DNA of 64,000 nt from Chiloscyllium plagiosum (lineage: Eukaryota), in assembly GCF_004010195.1 (NCBI RefSeq), contig NC_057718.1:92887404-92951403 (forward strand), in the 5' to 3' direction. Positions 61,535 to 64,000 of the stretch are shown here, in pieces. Numbering within the stretch: the first letter of the stretch is position 1; each line of letters begins with the position of its first letter. The position numbers were made by a program, and so were the translations under genes. The notes under the pieces are model-generated. The model had not been told where the DNA came from. It did not search any database and saw nothing but the letters and a program-made list of their open reading frames with translations.

Positions 61535-63360
61535 ATTTGAAAGGAGTTTGCAGATGCCAAAAAAATAAGTGAGAAGGCAAGCGGTAGGGATAACAAAGAG
61601 TTCTGCTATCGACAGGATAAGTGAATGGGCAAAAAAATGACAGATCGAGTATTATGTGGAGGAAATGTGGGATTATGCAGGAAGAATACAGGAACTGAAT
61701 ATTATTATAATTGGAGAAAGACTGTAGAAAGCTACAGAAGAGAGGAATTTGGAAATCCTTTCCCAGGAATCACAAAAAGCTAATATTCAAGTTCTGTGAG
61801 TAACAGGAAAGGCAAAAGTAATGTTGATCTTTAGTTCAAAGGGAAAAGGGTAATAAAGTGAGGAGATTTTGCAAAAATGATACAAGGCACGAGTTGGAAC
61901 ACAGTTGGAATACTATGAATCATTTTGGGCTCGAGTCTAAGGAAAAATGAGCTGACATTGGAGGCAGTCTGGAGAAGGTTCATTCAGCTAATCTGAGGTA
62001 TGGACAGATTGTCTGATGAGGACAGGTTTCACAGGTTGGGCCTGTACTCACTGGAATTTAGAAAAAAAATGAAACATACAAGATTCTTCGGGGACTTGTT
62101 AGGGTAGATGCAGAGAGGTTGTTTCCTCGTGTGGAACAGTCTCACTCCAGAGGGCATAATCTCAGAACAACAGGTTGCAAATTTAAGACAGGGATGAAGG
62201 GGATCTTCTTCTCTCAGAATGCTGTGAATCTTTGGAATTCTTCACTACAGAGGGTAAATCATAGGACAACTCCCTCATTGTGGGGACAAATCTCATCAGC
62301 ATTTGCCGTACCACCTCCAAGTACATCTTGCTTCAGTATCGAGATCAAAACTTAAAACACTATTCAGGTGTGGCCTGCACCATTGTAGGACAAGTTCTTT
62401 AATCCTGAACTTCAAACACCTTGCAATAATGGCTAATATATCATTTGGCTTCTGAATTGTTTGCTGTTTCTGCAAACTAACTTGTATACTGACATGAACG
62501 TGGAACAGAATTAGGCCATTTTGCCTTTCAAACTTGCTCCGCCATTTAATAAGATCATGGCTGATCTGATAGTAACCCCAAATCCATGATTTGGCCTATC
62601 CCTGACAACTTTTTACCCTTTTGCTTACCAAAAATCTATCCCTTTCTGCCACTTTGACTATCAATATTAATAAACATAATGCCTTTTGAAAAGTATTCTG
62701 CTTGTCTCTCCTGATGAGAAAATGAATAACCTCTCACTTCCCCATGTTATACTCCATCTGTCATCTTAGTACCTATTCACTTAACTCATCTGTCGTTCTA
62801 TGCAACCTTTCTGAGTCTTCCTTACAGCTTATATTTCCATCTAGCTTTGTGCTATCAGCAAATTTATATGCATTCTGTCTCTTCAACTGAGTCATTAATA
62901 CAGATTGTAAGTAACTGACTTGTAATGTTTTTACTACTTTTTTTTAATGACTATTGCCTGCATAGACATTCCTCACTGATGCACAATTGTTCTTATACCT
63001 TCTGTCCCTTCCTGACCCACTTCTGTGGGCGGCATGGTGGCACAGTGGTTAGCACTGTTGCCTCACAGGGCCAGAGACCCGGGTTCAATTCCCACCTCAA
63101 GCGACTGACTGTGTGGAGTTTGCATGTTCTCCCTGTGTCTGCGTGCTCCGGTTTCCTCCCACAGTCCAAAGATGTGCAGGTCAGGTGAATTGGCCATGCT
63201 AAATTGCCTGTAGTGTTAGGTATAGGGGTAAATGTAGGGGTATGGGTGGGTTGCGCTTCGGCGGGTCGGTGTGGACTTGTTGGGCCGAAGGGTCTGTTTC
63301 CACACTGTAATGTAATCTAATCTAATCACTCTGTCTTTTTCTACAATGACCTGTTGTCTT
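61535..63360. mobile_element. Mosaic of old CR1-type fragments on both strands
   Basis: Plus piece to about 62255 (FFSQNAVNLWNSS), then minus pieces including a 3' end near 62495. Confidence 0.7.
63027..63326 (+). mobile_element. Young HE1-type SINE
   Basis: CpG-rich copy with A and B boxes and an (AATCT)n tail; flanks CACTTCTGT/CACTCTGT. Confidence 0.92.
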
Positions 63361-63855
63361 TAACTTACAGTCCTATCCACAGCCCTAGCTATACTCCTCA
63401 AACCTTGTTTCCAATGCAATTAGTAGCTCAGATTTTCAGGACCCGAATTACACTCGAACAGAGATGGACATTTCGAGAGAAAACAACAGCAAAATCATGC
63501 ATGTGGAAGTCCTGTCTCTATTTTCTCCATCATGCATTTCTCTGAAATGTGTGGAGTTGCACTCCTGAACAGGTCAATTATCCTCATAAAGGCTTCATCA
63601 GTTAAGACTCCCAGCCTGTCCCTCCAAAAAGTTTGAACTCAAAGTAGTTTCCTGGTGGAGGCTGGTCTCTGACAACAGAAAGCACCCTGTTTTCCATCTG
63701 CATGGTGAATATCGATTTTTTTATTTCAAAAACATATTTTATTCAATAAAAAAAGCCTTTGTACAGATACATTGTCACAAATGCAGTTTGGTTCTGTGCA
63801 GTTGCATACCAAGTAAACAAACAGACCATTGGACTTTGACTCTATCCAAGAAGAG

Positions 63856-64000
63856 TGAAGAGCTGCCACAGGGTGTGGTGGAGGCTGGTACAATTGCAAC
63901 ATTTAAGAGGCATTTGGATGGGTATGTGAATAGGAAGGGTTTGGAGGGATGTGGGCCAGGTGCTGGCAGGTGGGACTAGGTTGGGTTGGGATATCTGGTC
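63856..64000 (+). mobile_element. CR1-type LINE 3' fragment running off the window end
   Basis: ELPQGVVEAGTIATFKRHLDGYVNRKGLEG. Confidence 0.9.

Noticed and set aside
63027..63105. tRNA-like A and B boxes here and in similar copies
   Set aside because: They are SINE heads followed by SINE body and LINE-like tail, not tRNA genes.

Overview
This is eukaryotic, repeat-dominated DNA with no recognisable host exon, rRNA, tRNA gene or CRISPR array. The HE1-type SINEs and their CR1/HER1-type LINE partners point to a shark or ray genome, probably an intron or intergenic region (inference). It holds about 25 CR1-type LINE fragments, 10 HE1-type SINEs, a second SINE family with its apparent partner LINE, a decayed Gypsy element with a related solo LTR, and PIF/Harbinger transposase and Myb/SANT remnants. 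The most striking signal is a dense set of about 20 Penelope-like element (PLE) insertions from four sequence families (my labels A-D). Many are fold-back (head-to-head inverted) structures of 0.1-1.2 kb with 11-16 bp target-site duplications (TSDs), and one arm is consistently shorter at its 3' end. All four families carry a minimal type I hammerhead ribozyme motif (CUGANGA-stem II-GAAA-palindromic stem III-NUH), and short copies tend to truncate or invert at the ribozyme. PLE hammerheads and inverted ends are known in general; these families and their breakpoint pattern are worth testing. Boundaries were read by eye and are approximate unless a TSD is quoted.
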